Under the pieces are notes generated by a model. That model saw only the letters and a program-made list of their open reading frames with translations, made no database searches and was not told the DNA's origin. From Ostreococcus lucimarinus (lineage: Eukaryota), in assembly GCA_000092065.1 (NCBI GenBank), contig CP000581.1: DNA of 64,000 nt. One strand, given 5' to 3'. Of this stretch, positions 8,509 through 18,404 are shown one piece after another. Position numbers and translations under genes: made by a program. Positions within the stretch are counted from its first letter, which is position 1, and each line of letters opens with the position of its first letter.

Positions 8509-10170
8509 TCAAAAGAGCGTCGCCATCGTCGAGCTTACGGCGTCGTACACAAGTGGTTTCGTCATCGGCAGGTACTGTCCCGTGATAATCTTGATCAGCT
8601 CCTGACTCGCGATACCGCCGAGCACAGCTCCGACGGCGTGAATCTGCGAATCGCCGTACCGAGCGATTTCGTACGCGACGTCGTCGGCAAGCTTGTCGTT
8701 CGCCGCGCTGAGTTTGACTTCGCTCGCCTCGAACCAATCCGCCATGAACGCGCGGACGGACTCTCCATCGCGTCGAACGAATTCATCATCATCGCCATCC
8801 ACGGTAGAATCGTCACCCGCGTCACGCACACCTGGGCTTCTCCCGTGTAGCGTCGTGAACTTGTCGGCCGCACGCAATCCGGCGAAGATGCATGCCGACA
8901 TCGCCTTCGACGGGTCTGCGAGCGCTTGGGCTAACATCTCGCTCGTTCCAGCGGCTGGCGACGGAAACAGCTCGTCCTCCATAGACCTCCACGTCACGAA
9001 TCGCACGTGTCGACAGTTTTTGCAGAAGATTTTGGCGTCGCGCTCGGGAATGAACTCTTCGGGATGCGGCGCGCCGACGTCGCGAGCGAACGCCTTGGCG
9101 CTCTCCCACACGCACGCGGCGTCTCTAGCCGCCTTGTCCGAGTACAAACGCTGCAACTCGACGTACGATTCCGTCGTGCTGGTCATATCTGGAATGCTTC
9201 CTTCCAAAGGCAAGCACCCCTCGCGATCGACGAACTCGCGCAACGCCGCGGCGAGAAACCAAAACTTGTCGCTCTCCAAAGTCAACGCGCGCGCGCGTTC
9301 GTCGCGAATGATTTCTTCCACCTCCTTCGTCACCGCCCCCGTATCGGTCCACGCGTACCGCACGTTCGCTATCGCCTCATCGAAATTCTCCTCGTCCATC
9401 CCCCGCCTCATGGACGTCAACGCATCCTTCACCGACCGCCGATCCCGCGTTCCGCACGCCGCCGCCGCGTGCGCGAGCAGCGCCACGAACGGCACGTGCT
9501 TAAACGCCGCCCCATCCAACCGATCCAAATCGCTCGTTTTCATCTCCACATACGCCCCCAACTCCCCCCACGGCTTATCCAACCGCAAATCCCACGCCGT
9601 CGACCCCTCCGGCGCGACGTTCTCCGTCGCCCATCGTTCGCTCGCGCTCGTCCGCGCTTCGCCGAACAATCCTCTCGCCCGCGTCGTCACCAGCACCGTC
9701 CCACTCTCCGCGCACGCCCGCGCCAGCGCTCTGTGATCGTGATCGCTCAATCCTCCGCCTCCCGCGACGACCGCGTCGTACCGTTCGTACCGTTCCTTCC
9801 CCCCGTTCGCCGTCGCTCGCGCGTTCGCCGTCGTCGCCGCGCCGTCGACGCCCGGATTCAGCGCCGCCAGTCTCTCCACCACCGTCTCCACCATCGTCTT
9901 CCCGCCTCGTTCGCGCGCGCCGCGCTCGACGTCTTCGCACGTCAATTCGAACGTCTCGCCCGCGCTTCGAGCGCCGCGACGCCACGCGCCGTCGTCGACC
10001 AACTCGAACGCGCGAATGCCACCGAGGATGAGATTCTTCATCGTCTCGCACGTCGCCGGCGACGCGCCGAGCGCGAGGACGCGGCATCGCGCGAGTCGAC
10101 GCTGGCCCTCGGCGCCCCACAGGCGGAGCTGGCGGTCGTAGCGCGCGTCCGCGGGCGCGGGCGACGCCAT
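8509..10170 (-). CDS. NAE1: NEDD8-activating enzyme E1 regulatory subunit (NAE1/APP-BP1/AXR1-like)
   Basis: Start moved to the ATG at 10170 (MASPAPADARYDRQLRLWG, the E1 ThiF motif; human NAE1 has KYDRQLRLWG). Further matches: WDLRLDKPWGELG vs human LEDLRLDKPFPELR, and the C-terminus ...GGIASQELIKIITGQY...SSTMATLF vs ...GGAAAQEVIKIITKQF...SQTSATFQL. The upstream part of ORF 8509..11019 is an Arg-rich antisense artefact of the CtpA gene. Confidence 0.8.
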   Translation of the reverse strand: MASPAPADARYDRQLRLWGAEGQRRLARCRVLALGASPATCETMKNLILGGIRAFELVDDGAWRRGARSAGETFELTCEDVERGARERGGKTMVETVVERLAALNPGVDGAATTANARATANGGKERYERYDAVVAGGGGLSDHDHRALARACAESGTVLVTTRARGLFGEARTSASERWATENVAPEGSTAWDLRLDKPWGELGAYVEMKTSDLDRLDGAAFKHVPFVALLAHAAAACGTRDRRSVKDALTSMRRGMDEENFDEAIANVRYAWTDTGAVTKEVEEIIRDERARALTLESDKFWFLAAALREFVDREGCLPLEGSIPDMTSTTESYVELQRLYSDKAARDAACVWESAKAFARDVGAPHPEEFIPERDAKIFCKNCRHVRFVTWRSMEDELFPSPAAGTSEMLAQALADPSKAMSACIFAGLRAADKFTTLHGRSPGVRDAGDDSTVDGDDDEFVRRDGESVRAFMADWFEASEVKLSAANDKLADDVAYEIARYGDSQIHAVGAVLGGIASQELIKIITGQYLPMTKPLVYDAVSSTMATLF

Positions 10171-10215
10171 CCGTCGCTCGCGGGCGTGTGCGGGACATCG
10201 CGACGCGCGCGCGCG

Positions 10216-11565
10216 ATGTCGACGGCGCGCGCGCGAACGCCGACGGCGCGCGCGGACGCGACGACGCGACGCCGTTCGCGCGACGTCGGCGCCCGCGCGA
10301 CGTCGCCGCGCGCGCCGACGCGCGACGACGGCGCGACGGCGCGACGCGACGCGCGAGGCCGCGACGCGATCGCGACCGCGCTCGCGGCGCTCGCGATGCA
10401 CGCCGCGGCGGCGACGCGCGCGAGCGCGATCACGGAGAATCAGATGCTGTACCTGGAGGCGTGGCGCGCGGTGGACAAGGCGTACGTCGATAAGACGTTC
10501 AACGGGAACAATTGGTTTAAACTGCGCGAACGAGGATTGAAGACGGCGGATTTGGACGACACGGAGGCGACGTACGGGACGATACGAGAGATGCTCGGGA
10601 AACTCGGGGATCCGTTCACGCAATTTTTGGAGCCGGAAAAGTACGCGAGCGTGACGGATCGAACGATGAAGGCGGACGTGAGCGGGGTGGGCGTGGAGAT
10701 GGGATTCGGCGACGACGCGAAGGTCGTGGTGGTCGCGCCGACGCCGGGAGGGCCGTCGGCGGAGGCTGGGGTGAAGGCGAAGGATTTTATCGTCGCCGTG
10801 GACGGCGCGGCGACGCGCGGGAAGAGTTTGTACGAAGTCGCGGACGAATTGCAAGGGCCGCAGGGGAGCAAGGTGACGCTGACGCTCGAACGGGATGGGA
10901 AGACTCGAGACGTCGCGGTGCAGCGAAAACGATACACCGTGGTGCCGGTGACGTCGGCGACGTGCGAGGTGAAGGGAGACAAGAAAATTGGTTACGTGAA
11001 ATTGTCGGCGTTTAATCAAGTCTCAGGGGCGAAGACGAAGGAGGCGCTCGCGGCGCTGAAAGCCGACGGCGTCGACGTGTTCGTGCTCGATCTGCGCGAC
11101 AACGTCGGTGGGCTGTTTCCCGGTGCTTTGGAAATCGCCAAAGCGTTCATGAATGAAGGCACGATCGTGTACATCGCCGACTCCAACGGCGAGCGCGACG
11201 TCTTCCAGGCGGATCGAACGGCGTTGGACGCCGCGACGCCGCTCAAGCTCCTCGTGAATAAAGGCACGGCGAGCGCGTCCGAGGTCTTGAGCGGCGCTTT
11301 ACAAGACAACAAGCGCGCCATCGTGCTCGGCGAGCAAACGTTCGGTAAAGGCTTGATTCAAACGCTCGTCCCGCTCTCCGACGGTTCGGCGGTGAGCGTC
11401 ACCGTGGCGCAGTATCGCACGCCAAACGGCACCGACATCAACAAGATAGGCATCACTCCGGACGCCCCGCTACCGCTCGACGCATCAGGCGCCGACATCG
11501 TGCCGTCGAACGCCGCTGATTTTTGCGCCTACGCTCGAGAGGCGCCAGAGTTATTCATTTCTTAA
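10216..11565 (+). CDS. CTPA: Carboxyl-terminal processing protease (CtpA, S41 family, D1 protein C-terminal peptidase) with bipartite plastid/lumen transit peptide
   Basis: ATG at 10216 (in frame with ORF 9007..11565). The N-terminal extension is S/T/R-rich, followed by a hydrophobic AIATALAALAMHAAAATRA-SA lumenal signal. The mature part has MLYLEAWRAVDKAY, a PDZ domain (GVEMGF...VVVVAPTPGGPSAEAGVKAKDFIVAVDG), and the S41 catalytic region LVNKGTASASEVL...GEQTFGKGLIQT. Confidence 0.8.
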   Translation: MSTARARTPTARADATTRRRSRDVGARATSPRAPTRDDGATARRDARGRDAIATALAALAMHAAAATRASAITENQMLYLEAWRAVDKAYVDKTFNGNNWFKLRERGLKTADLDDTEATYGTIREMLGKLGDPFTQFLEPEKYASVTDRTMKADVSGVGVEMGFGDDAKVVVVAPTPGGPSAEAGVKAKDFIVAVDGAATRGKSLYEVADELQGPQGSKVTLTLERDGKTRDVAVQRKRYTVVPVTSATCEVKGDKKIGYVKLSAFNQVSGAKTKEALAALKADGVDVFVLDLRDNVGGLFPGALEIAKAFMNEGTIVYIADSNGERDVFQADRTALDAATPLKLLVNKGTASASEVLSGALQDNKRAIVLGEQTFGKGLIQTLVPLSDGSAVSVTVAQYRTPNGTDINKIGITPDAPLPLDASGADIVPSNAADFCAYAREAPELFIS

Positions 11566-11662
11566 GGCGACATCCGCGCGAATTTCATCGCCCGCTCGCT
11601 CGCCGCGTCGTCGCAATAAAACCACCAGAGCCGCACACGGTGACGCGCCGCCGCGCGCCGCG

Positions 11663-12271
11663 ATGGCCGCGCGCGCGCTCGCGCGCGCGATCGCGACGCG
11701 AAAAGGCGCGTCGCGCCTCGCGTCGCGCGCCGCGTCGACGACGGCGTCGGCGCCGGTGAAGCTGTACCGCGGTCCGCAGATGCGGCTCTTTCGCGTCCTC
11801 GTTCGGTTCAAAATCGCGCAGCTGGGCGCGATCGGCGCGCTCGCGACGCCCGCGCTCGCGGCGACGGCGGACGCGACCGCGGCGCCGTCGCTCGTCGCCG
11901 CCGCGGTCGCCGCGGGACTGGGATCGGCGGCGTGCGGCGCGGCGACGCAGTACTACGCGTCGCGGTACGTCGGCGAGCTCGCGTTGACGCGCGACGGACG
12001 CGCGCTGCGCGTCAGCACGATGGATTTCTGGGGAAATCGCGTCGACGAAGACTTCGACGTCGCGACGCGCGTGACACCGCCGCTCGCGGGGCTGACGCGC
12101 GAGGATTTAGACGCGCTCGCGTCGCGCGCCTTCGTCCCGCTCGACGTCGTCGGCGCGAGGCAGTTCGTCGTGTCGCTGCGACACGGCGAGCTCGTCGATC
12201 GCGAGAGATTATTCGACGTCTTGAGCGGCGGCGCGGCGCGCGGGTCCGAGGCGCCGCGCGCGTCGTCGTAG
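11663..12271 (+). CDS. Hypothetical organellar membrane protein, possibly TMEM70/TMEM186 (DUF1301) family
   Basis: ATG at 11663. Presequence-like N-terminus. Pattern KLYRGPQMRLFRVLVRFKIAQL...two hydrophobic helices...YYASRYVGELAL...MDFWGNRV loosely resembles TMEM70-family assembly factors. The family call is weak. Confidence 0.35.
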   Translation: MAARALARAIATRKGASRLASRAASTTASAPVKLYRGPQMRLFRVLVRFKIAQLGAIGALATPALAATADATAAPSLVAAAVAAGLGSAACGAATQYYASRYVGELALTRDGRALRVSTMDFWGNRVDEDFDVATRVTPPLAGLTREDLDALASRAFVPLDVVGARQFVVSLRHGELVDRERLFDVLSGGAARGSEAPRASS

Positions 12272-12328
12272 TCCGTGCGTGTAGATTATGTGTAGCCACT
12301 TTGCGTCGTTCGCTCGAGCCGCACATCG

Positions 12329-13927
12329 ATGCGCGCCGTCGCCCGCGCCGTCGCGCGCGTCGCGCGAACCGCGACGCGCGGGCGGCGCGCGCGCGCGATG
12401 CCCGCGCGCGCGGACGCGTCGGCGCGTCATCGCGCGTGCGAGCGATGCCGCGGCGAGGGCGCGACGTTCGCGCTGTCGAGAGCGCAAAAAAAGCGGCGGC
12501 GACTCGAGCGGGACGACGGCGCGGCGACGCGGGAGGCGCCGGAGAAGCGCGTCGAGTGCGCGGCGTGCGAGGGCGCGGGCGTCGTCGAGGGCGCGGCGAC
12601 GGCGAACGGCGCGGCGGCGCGCGTGGCGATCGTGGGCGGGGGGGTGGGGGGCGCGGCGTTGGCGTTGGCGTTGACGCAGCGCGGCGCGCGCGCGACGGTG
12701 TACGAACGAGACGAGCGCTTCGAGGCGCGAAAACAAGGGTACGGGTTGACGATGCAAAAGTATAGCGGTGGTGCGGCGCTGCGAGCGCTCGGATTGGCGT
12801 TGCGAGGCGTGGGGAGCGACGCGCACGTGAGCATGGACGCGAACGGGCGCGTGTTGGGCGAATACGGACACAGCGCTCGACGACGCGTCGGCGGCGAGGA
12901 GGACGCGGACCAAGGCGCGCGCGATGGTGGTGCCGTCGCGGAGGCGGTGAGCGATGAGAAGAGGAACGTGCACTTGCCGAGGCAAAAGTTGCGACAGTCG
13001 CTGCTGGACGCGCTCGAGCCCGGCGTCGTGCGATGGGGGAAAAGGTTGGAGCGGTACGAGGAGACTGAGGACGGCGTGACGTTGCGCTTCGACGACGGAA
13101 CGAGCGAGGAGGCGGGCATTTTGGTAGGCGCGGATGGAATTTTCTCTCGCGTGCGCGCGCAGAAGCTCGGAGATGATCCGCTATCGTATTTGGGCGTGCT
13201 CGTCGTGTTGGGCATTTGTCGCGGCGTGGACGCTCCGTTGTGTAGAAATAAGGTGTTTCAAGTCGTCGATGGCGAGAATAGAATGTACGCCATGCCGTTC
13301 ACGGCGTCGCCCGATGGTGACGGTTGTATTCGACCGCTGGACGAGCAGTACGAGGGTGAAGATGAACCAGGAGCGATGATGTGGCAGCTATCGTTTCCCG
13401 TCGACGAGGATCGAGCTCGAGCGCTCGCGACTGACTCGGAGGCGTTGTGGAACGAAGCGCTGCGCAGATGTGCGTCTTGGCCAGATCCCGTTCCGAGACT
13501 GCTCAATCAAACTCGGAAAGAAGACATGGCTGGCTACCCCGCGTACGACCGCGATATGACGCCTGCGGAGGTGTTGAGAGGCAAAGTCACGTCTCGCGTG
13601 ACGCTCATCGGCGACGCTGCGCACCCGATGTCTCCATTCAAGGGTCAAGGCGCGAATCAGGCCCTCGTAGACGCCGTGCAACTGGCGAGATGTATCGTTC
13701 GATCACCGCAGTACATGCTTCCGGGACAGCGACGACACGGGTGCGTGTTTCCGTTCGAGAGCACGCACGAGGCGCTCGCGGCGGCGGAGCGAGCGATGTT
13801 GGCTCGAGCGAGGGGCAAAGTGGAAAAATCGCGCGATGCGGCCAAGTACTTGCACTCCAGCGCAGCGTTGGCTGAAGGTAACTGCGTGCGAGCGCATGCC
13901 GCTGAGGCGTTCGCGAGCGAGGAATAA
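12329..13927 (+). CDS. FAD-dependent (class A flavoprotein) monooxygenase with N-terminal CxxC...CxxC extension
   Basis: ATG at 12329. VAIVGGGVGGAALALAL (GxGxxG dinucleotide fold), YERDERFEARKQGYGLTMQ, and LIGDAAHPMSPFKGQGANQALVDAVQLA (the GD...GQG motif of ZEP, salicylate-hydroxylase and UbiH-type enzymes). The N-terminus has CERCRGEG...CAACEGAG. Confidence 0.75.
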   Translation: MRAVARAVARVARTATRGRRARAMPARADASARHRACERCRGEGATFALSRAQKKRRRLERDDGAATREAPEKRVECAACEGAGVVEGAATANGAAARVAIVGGGVGGAALALALTQRGARATVYERDERFEARKQGYGLTMQKYSGGAALRALGLALRGVGSDAHVSMDANGRVLGEYGHSARRRVGGEEDADQGARDGGAVAEAVSDEKRNVHLPRQKLRQSLLDALEPGVVRWGKRLERYEETEDGVTLRFDDGTSEEAGILVGADGIFSRVRAQKLGDDPLSYLGVLVVLGICRGVDAPLCRNKVFQVVDGENRMYAMPFTASPDGDGCIRPLDEQYEGEDEPGAMMWQLSFPVDEDRARALATDSEALWNEALRRCASWPDPVPRLLNQTRKEDMAGYPAYDRDMTPAEVLRGKVTSRVTLIGDAAHPMSPFKGQGANQALVDAVQLARCIVRSPQYMLPGQRRHGCVFPFESTHEALAAAERAMLARARGKVEKSRDAAKYLHSSAALAEGNCVRAHAAEAFASEE

Positions 13928-13996
13928 ATGCGTAGTTGCGTTGTAAAATAAATACTGTATTCATCAAACAAGAGGTACAACGGTTTGTTCGGATTT

Positions 13997-15376
13997 CTAC
14001 ATGGCCTTCGGTCGTTGATGGCCCATCTTGTGTAAATAGGAAAACATGTCGCGCGTGATGGGCAACAATCCAAAGTAGCCACCATAGCCGGTGTACGCGA
14101 GGCCAGCCTTTTTGCACTCATCCTTGATGATGGGAACCATCTTCGGGTACAGATTGTGCGCGCATCCCGGAAACAAGTGGTGCTCGATTTGCAAGTTCAA
14201 ACCACCGGAAAAGAAGCTCCAGAAGCTGTTACCCCACGACGCGGACGTTTCGATTTGCCACGCACCCCAATCGTTCTTAGTGCTCTTGCTCAAGTTCATC
14301 GGGGTCAACGCCTCCAAGTTGTGGCTGACGATGAAGAACCAGCAAAGGACGAACGAGCCAAACGCGCCGTACGCGAGGAACGGCACGATGACGTTGGACA
14401 ACCCGTGGATGTACGCCGGAACGCCGAGAAGTAAGCCGAAGTGCAGAACTTTACCGAGCAGGTACAGCGCGATTTCGTTCTTCATCAAGCCCTTGTACTC
14501 GACGCCGGGAGACGCTCGATCGATTAAAATGTTTTGCGCGTCACCGACTTGCGCGGCGAGCCATAAAAACGGCCACATGAGCGGCGCGTAAAACGCTTGG
14601 TACCGATGGAACCACTTCAACTCCTGCGATGGGTCAAGTCGCAACAACGGTAACGCGGTGTACACGTCTTGATCGAGATCGGCGTCGTTGCAGTACGAGT
14701 GATGGCTCACCATGTGATGATACCGCCACTCCACCGAACTCTTCCCGATCGCCACGTCGTTCCCGAGCCATCCCCAAAACTGATTCCAAAATCCACTCTT
14801 CGCCAATCCTCCGTGATTCGCCGTGTGTTGCAACCCAGTGCCGCTCCAGTACCCCGCCAGTCCCAACGCGCACCCCGTGAGCGCCGAGGGCGCGCGCCAA
14901 TACGCCACCATCGCCGCGACAAACGTCAACACGACCACCCCCGCGTCCACGACGCACCCACCGCGTCCGTGTGCCTCCCTTCCAGACTTTGCTTTCATCG
15001 GTTCCACGACTTCATCTCGCACTCGGCGTTGTATCGCTCGATACACCGCCGAATCGAGCGGTTTCGGAAACGTCTCCTCCTTCCCGAACGCGCCCGCCGC
15101 GCCCTCCACCACGGGCAGCGTCTTCATGTACTTGCGCACCACCTCAGGTCGCAAGTGATGGCTCTCGATCAGGATCGTCGCGTCGCGTCCGACGCAGAGC
15201 GAGAGCAATTGCGCGCCGCCGGGATGGCGATGCTGAAACTCGGTGACGTCGTAGACGACGCCGCGATAGCGCGTGTACGCGCGCGTCGGGTCGAGCGTCG
15301 CCTCGGGAGCGGTCGTCGCGACGTCCGTCGTCGCGTTCGCGCGCTTCGACGCTCGGGAGCGCGCGGCGGAGGGCAT
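13997..15376 (-). CDS. Front-end fatty-acid (or sphingolipid) desaturase with N-terminal cytochrome b5 domain
   Basis: ATG at 15376. Cytochrome b5 HPGG motif (FQHRHPGGAQLL). His boxes HTANH, HHMVSHH and QIEHHLFP (the QxxHH third box typical of front-end desaturases). Confidence 0.8.
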   Translation of the reverse strand: MPSAARSRASKRANATTDVATTAPEATLDPTRAYTRYRGVVYDVTEFQHRHPGGAQLLSLCVGRDATILIESHHLRPEVVRKYMKTLPVVEGAAGAFGKEETFPKPLDSAVYRAIQRRVRDEVVEPMKAKSGREAHGRGGCVVDAGVVVLTFVAAMVAYWRAPSALTGCALGLAGYWSGTGLQHTANHGGLAKSGFWNQFWGWLGNDVAIGKSSVEWRYHHMVSHHSYCNDADLDQDVYTALPLLRLDPSQELKWFHRYQAFYAPLMWPFLWLAAQVGDAQNILIDRASPGVEYKGLMKNEIALYLLGKVLHFGLLLGVPAYIHGLSNVIVPFLAYGAFGSFVLCWFFIVSHNLEALTPMNLSKSTKNDWGAWQIETSASWGNSFWSFFSGGLNLQIEHHLFPGCAHNLYPKMVPIIKDECKKAGLAYTGYGGYFGLLPITRDMFSYLHKMGHQRPKAM

Positions 15377-15531
15377 GACGCGCGCGCGATCGTGTGGCGC
15401 GGGACGTCATCCAGTCATCTTGTTTTTTGCATTCATCCGCGCGACGCGGGACGGGCGATTCGGTTCTACGTTCGTTCTGGGCGCGACGCGGTCGAACGCG
15501 ACGCGCGCGCGGATCGCGGACGGCTGAGTGA

Positions 15532-18147
15532 TCACGCGGCGTTGGAGAGGACGTCGAGGAGCCAAGGGGAGTGCTTGGCGTCGGTCTCGAGCTCGGATTT
15601 GAGTTGTCGAGCGCGCGCGACGGCTTCGGCGGGCGTCATGCGGTCGAGAGGGACGGCGGCGAAGTCGGAGAGGAATTGGCGAGCGCGGACGACGCCGCGG
15701 GCCATGTCGTCGGATACACCGGGTTCATCGGTTCGTTGGCGCTTGGGGTCGGAGATGTCGGCGACGGCGCGCTCGGCGCCGGATTTGGAAAAGTCTTCGA
15801 GCTCGTCCGCCTTTGCGCGAGCGATTTTGAGCACTTCTTCGGGGAACCGCGCGAACTCGGCGCAGTGAATCCCGAACGACTGATCGCACGCCCCCGGCTT
15901 GATTTGGTACAACATGGTGAGCTTTCGGCTCTCCTGGTCGATGAGCGCCTCGACGTGAAAGTTGGAGACGCCACTCGGGCCTTCGAGCGCGGTGAGCTCG
16001 TGAAAGTGAGTGGCAAACAGACACGGCGCTTGAATCTCATTGACGATGTGCTCGCTTATCGCCCACGCGAGACCGAATCCGTCGTATGTACTCGTTCCGC
16101 GGCCGAGTTCATCGATGATAACGAGACTCGATGAAGTCGCGGCCTTCAAGATGGCGGCGGTTTCTAACATCTCCGCCATGAAGGTGGAAATGCCGCGGAG
16201 TTGACAGTCGCCGGCGCCGACGCGCGCGAAGATGGCATCTCGTACAGCAATCACGGCGTCGTCGCACGGCACGAAGCTTCCAACCTGCGCTAAGAGCACG
16301 CACACGCCAACTTGGCGAATAAATGTACTCTTACCGCCCATGTTTGGGCCAGTGATAATTTGAAACCAAGACTCGCCCTTCTTCATCGAGCACGTGTTGG
16401 CGATGAATCGCACGTTGTCCTGCGCTTCGACGTTTGGATGGCGCGAGTTCTCCAGGTGGATCGTATCAGACGTCTTCTCGTGCATAATCGGGCGCACGAA
16501 CGGCACCGGCGCGCTGACGGCGACCTCAGCGAAAGACGCGAGGACGTCGATTTCCGCCGTCATCGCCGAAACGCTCAGAAAGATTTCGGAAAACGTCGCC
16601 GCGACGTCGACGACGCGATCGACCAAGTGTCGCTGCTTCGCGTCGTAGCTTCTGTCGAGAGATACACGCTGCTCCGAAAGACCACGAATCTTCTTGTTCG
16701 TAAACTTCGTGCCATCCTTCTTCGCTTCCAGAATCTGATAACTCACGCTGAGCTTTTTTCGCACGCTCGTTTCGTCTTTCTTCGTCAATCGCATGAACCA
16801 ACCATGCATGTTGTTGTGTTCTAACTTTAATTGCTTATCGCGTTCCATGCCCAAATCATCGCTCGCATCCGCAAACGCATCACGGATTTGCTTCTCCAGT
16901 GTATCCTTCTGTTTTTGCAACTCGCCCAGCTCGGCGTCGTACGAAGCGCAAATGACGTACTCGTCGGGAATCTTGCTCAGATCCACTGCCGCTTCTAAGA
17001 GCGCCTCGAACCGGCCGAGATGACTCGGGGCGCTCAGCTTTTTGAGTTCTTCCGCATACTTCTTGCGAATGTAATCGCCATGACGTCCCTCGCACCGTTC
17101 GAGCGCCTCGGCCATGTGTGGAAGCGCCGCGCTCGCTTGGTACAATCGGCACAAATCCATGAGCGACGCCTTGCGGCGTTCGAGCTTACGAGTGATCCGT
17201 TCGATGTCCGGCAACGCTCGCAAGTGCGCACCGCGCAGGGCGTCACGAACCTCTGCATTGGTGACGAATTCGTTCACGACATCGTGTCGCGTGGCGATTT
17301 CGTTAACGTCCACGAGCGGCTGCTTCAGCCATCGCGAGAGCAAACGGCGCCCCATCGGCGTTCGGCACTTGTTCAATAAACCGTACAAACTGAAGCTGCT
17401 CGGGCCGTCAGAGCGCTCAGGGAGAACATTCAGAGCGCGCAGTGCCGAAGCATCGAGTCGCATGTACCGACCGGTGTCGTACATACTCAGCGTGCATCGA
17501 CCGTGGTTGGCGCTATCCGCCAACATTTCGCTGAATCGCAAAACCGCCGCGAGACACGCTGCGGCGTGCGATTGATCAATCACCGCCCGATGCGCCTCAA
17601 CGTTTCCTCGCACGAGTCGCCCCAAATCATTCTCCAAGTCTTGCGCGTCGAAATCGCGGGCCTGACGCTCCGTGGCGAGCGCACCGCATCGCGAGACGAC
17701 GTCTCGCAATCGACGCCCCTCCGGCGTCTCGGTCCCTTCCTTGGGCACGACGCACTCTTTGACTCCAATCTGACATAACACGCTTTCCAGCGTGCAATAC
17801 TGCTCATCATCCACGAACGCGCACGCCCCGAGCTCCCGAGTCGTCGTGTTGGCGTACGCCACGCCCACGTTCCCGTTCGCCACGCGCACCGCGCACACCA
17901 CAGACGCGTCCGACATCTCGTTCGACCGAAACAGCTCATCCTCGAACGCTTGCAATTTCCCCGGCGACGCCGACTTCACGCACGTCCACGTCCCGCTCGG
18001 TTTACTCTCTTCGTAAAACTCCACGCGCGCGCCGTCACCATCGAGTAAAAGTTCGCGAAGCGCGCTCTCGAACATCGATCGGTTGAGCGCGACGCCCGGC
18101 AACGCGTCGTCGCCCGATCCCATCGTCTTGATCACGCTCGTCGTCTG
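15532..18147 (-). CDS. MSH2: DNA mismatch repair protein MSH2, exon 2 of 2
   Basis: TGPNMGGKSTFIRQVGVCVLLAQVGSFVPCD (Walker A), DELGRGTSTYDGFGLAWAISEHIV, FATHFHELT. N-terminal alignment to plant MSH2 (YYH|TTTALRQLGSGSNA vs FYK|QTTSVIKTMGSGDDA) places the exon boundary at the AG at 18148..18149. The listed ORF start at 18159 is TTG. Confidence 0.8.
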   Translation of the reverse strand, partial: QTTSVIKTMGSGDDALPGVALNRSMFESALRELLLDGDGARVEFYEESKPSGTWTCVKSASPGKLQAFEDELFRSNEMSDASVVCAVRVANGNVGVAYANTTTRELGACAFVDDEQYCTLESVLCQIGVKECVVPKEGTETPEGRRLRDVVSRCGALATERQARDFDAQDLENDLGRLVRGNVEAHRAVIDQSHAAACLAAVLRFSEMLADSANHGRCTLSMYDTGRYMRLDASALRALNVLPERSDGPSSFSLYGLLNKCRTPMGRRLLSRWLKQPLVDVNEIATRHDVVNEFVTNAEVRDALRGAHLRALPDIERITRKLERRKASLMDLCRLYQASAALPHMAEALERCEGRHGDYIRKKYAEELKKLSAPSHLGRFEALLEAAVDLSKIPDEYVICASYDAELGELQKQKDTLEKQIRDAFADASDDLGMERDKQLKLEHNNMHGWFMRLTKKDETSVRKKLSVSYQILEAKKDGTKFTNKKIRGLSEQRVSLDRSYDAKQRHLVDRVVDVAATFSEIFLSVSAMTAEIDVLASFAEVAVSAPVPFVRPIMHEKTSDTIHLENSRHPNVEAQDNVRFIANTCSMKKGESWFQIITGPNMGGKSTFIRQVGVCVLLAQVGSFVPCDDAVIAVRDAIFARVGAGDCQLRGISTFMAEMLETAAILKAATSSSLVIIDELGRGTSTYDGFGLAWAISEHIVNEIQAPCLFATHFHELTALEGPSGVSNFHVEALIDQESRKLTMLYQIKPGACDQSFGIHCAEFARFPEEVLKIARAKADELEDFSKSGAERAVADISDPKRQRTDEPGVSDDMARGVVRARQFLSDFAAVPLDRMTPAEAVARARQLKSELETDAKHSPWLLDVLSNAA

Positions 18148-18404
18148 CTCCGACGTCAAAAGTGGACCAAACGGTCAAACGCTTCGCGTCAGTCATCTCG
18201 CCCGCGCATCGCTCGAGCGCACCCTCGACGATCGCGCCGCCGCGCTCGTCGCCGATTTCGCGTCTCGGCGACAGCCGCGCGCCGATATTCAAAAATCACC
18301 AATCATCATCCGCGTTCTCGTCGCCTCCGCGCGCGCCCCGCGCCCCGCGCGCGCGCCGACGCGTTCGAAGATCGCACCCGCGCGCCCGCGCGCTCGCGAC
18401 GCAC
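18148..18404 (-). other. MSH2: Spliceosomal intron (257 nt) of MSH2
   Basis: Donor AAG|GTGCGT directly after the ...ARAFYK codon (ending at 18405). Acceptor ...cggAG|CAGACG at 18148. In-frame stops lie between the exons. The splice restores the conserved MSH2 N-terminus. Confidence 0.6.

Noticed and set aside
9007-10215. First 403 codons of ORF 9007..11565 and first 283 codons of ORF 8509..11019
   Set aside because: Each is the antisense of the other gene (NAE1 and CtpA respectively). Homology begins only at the internal ATGs 10216 and 10170.
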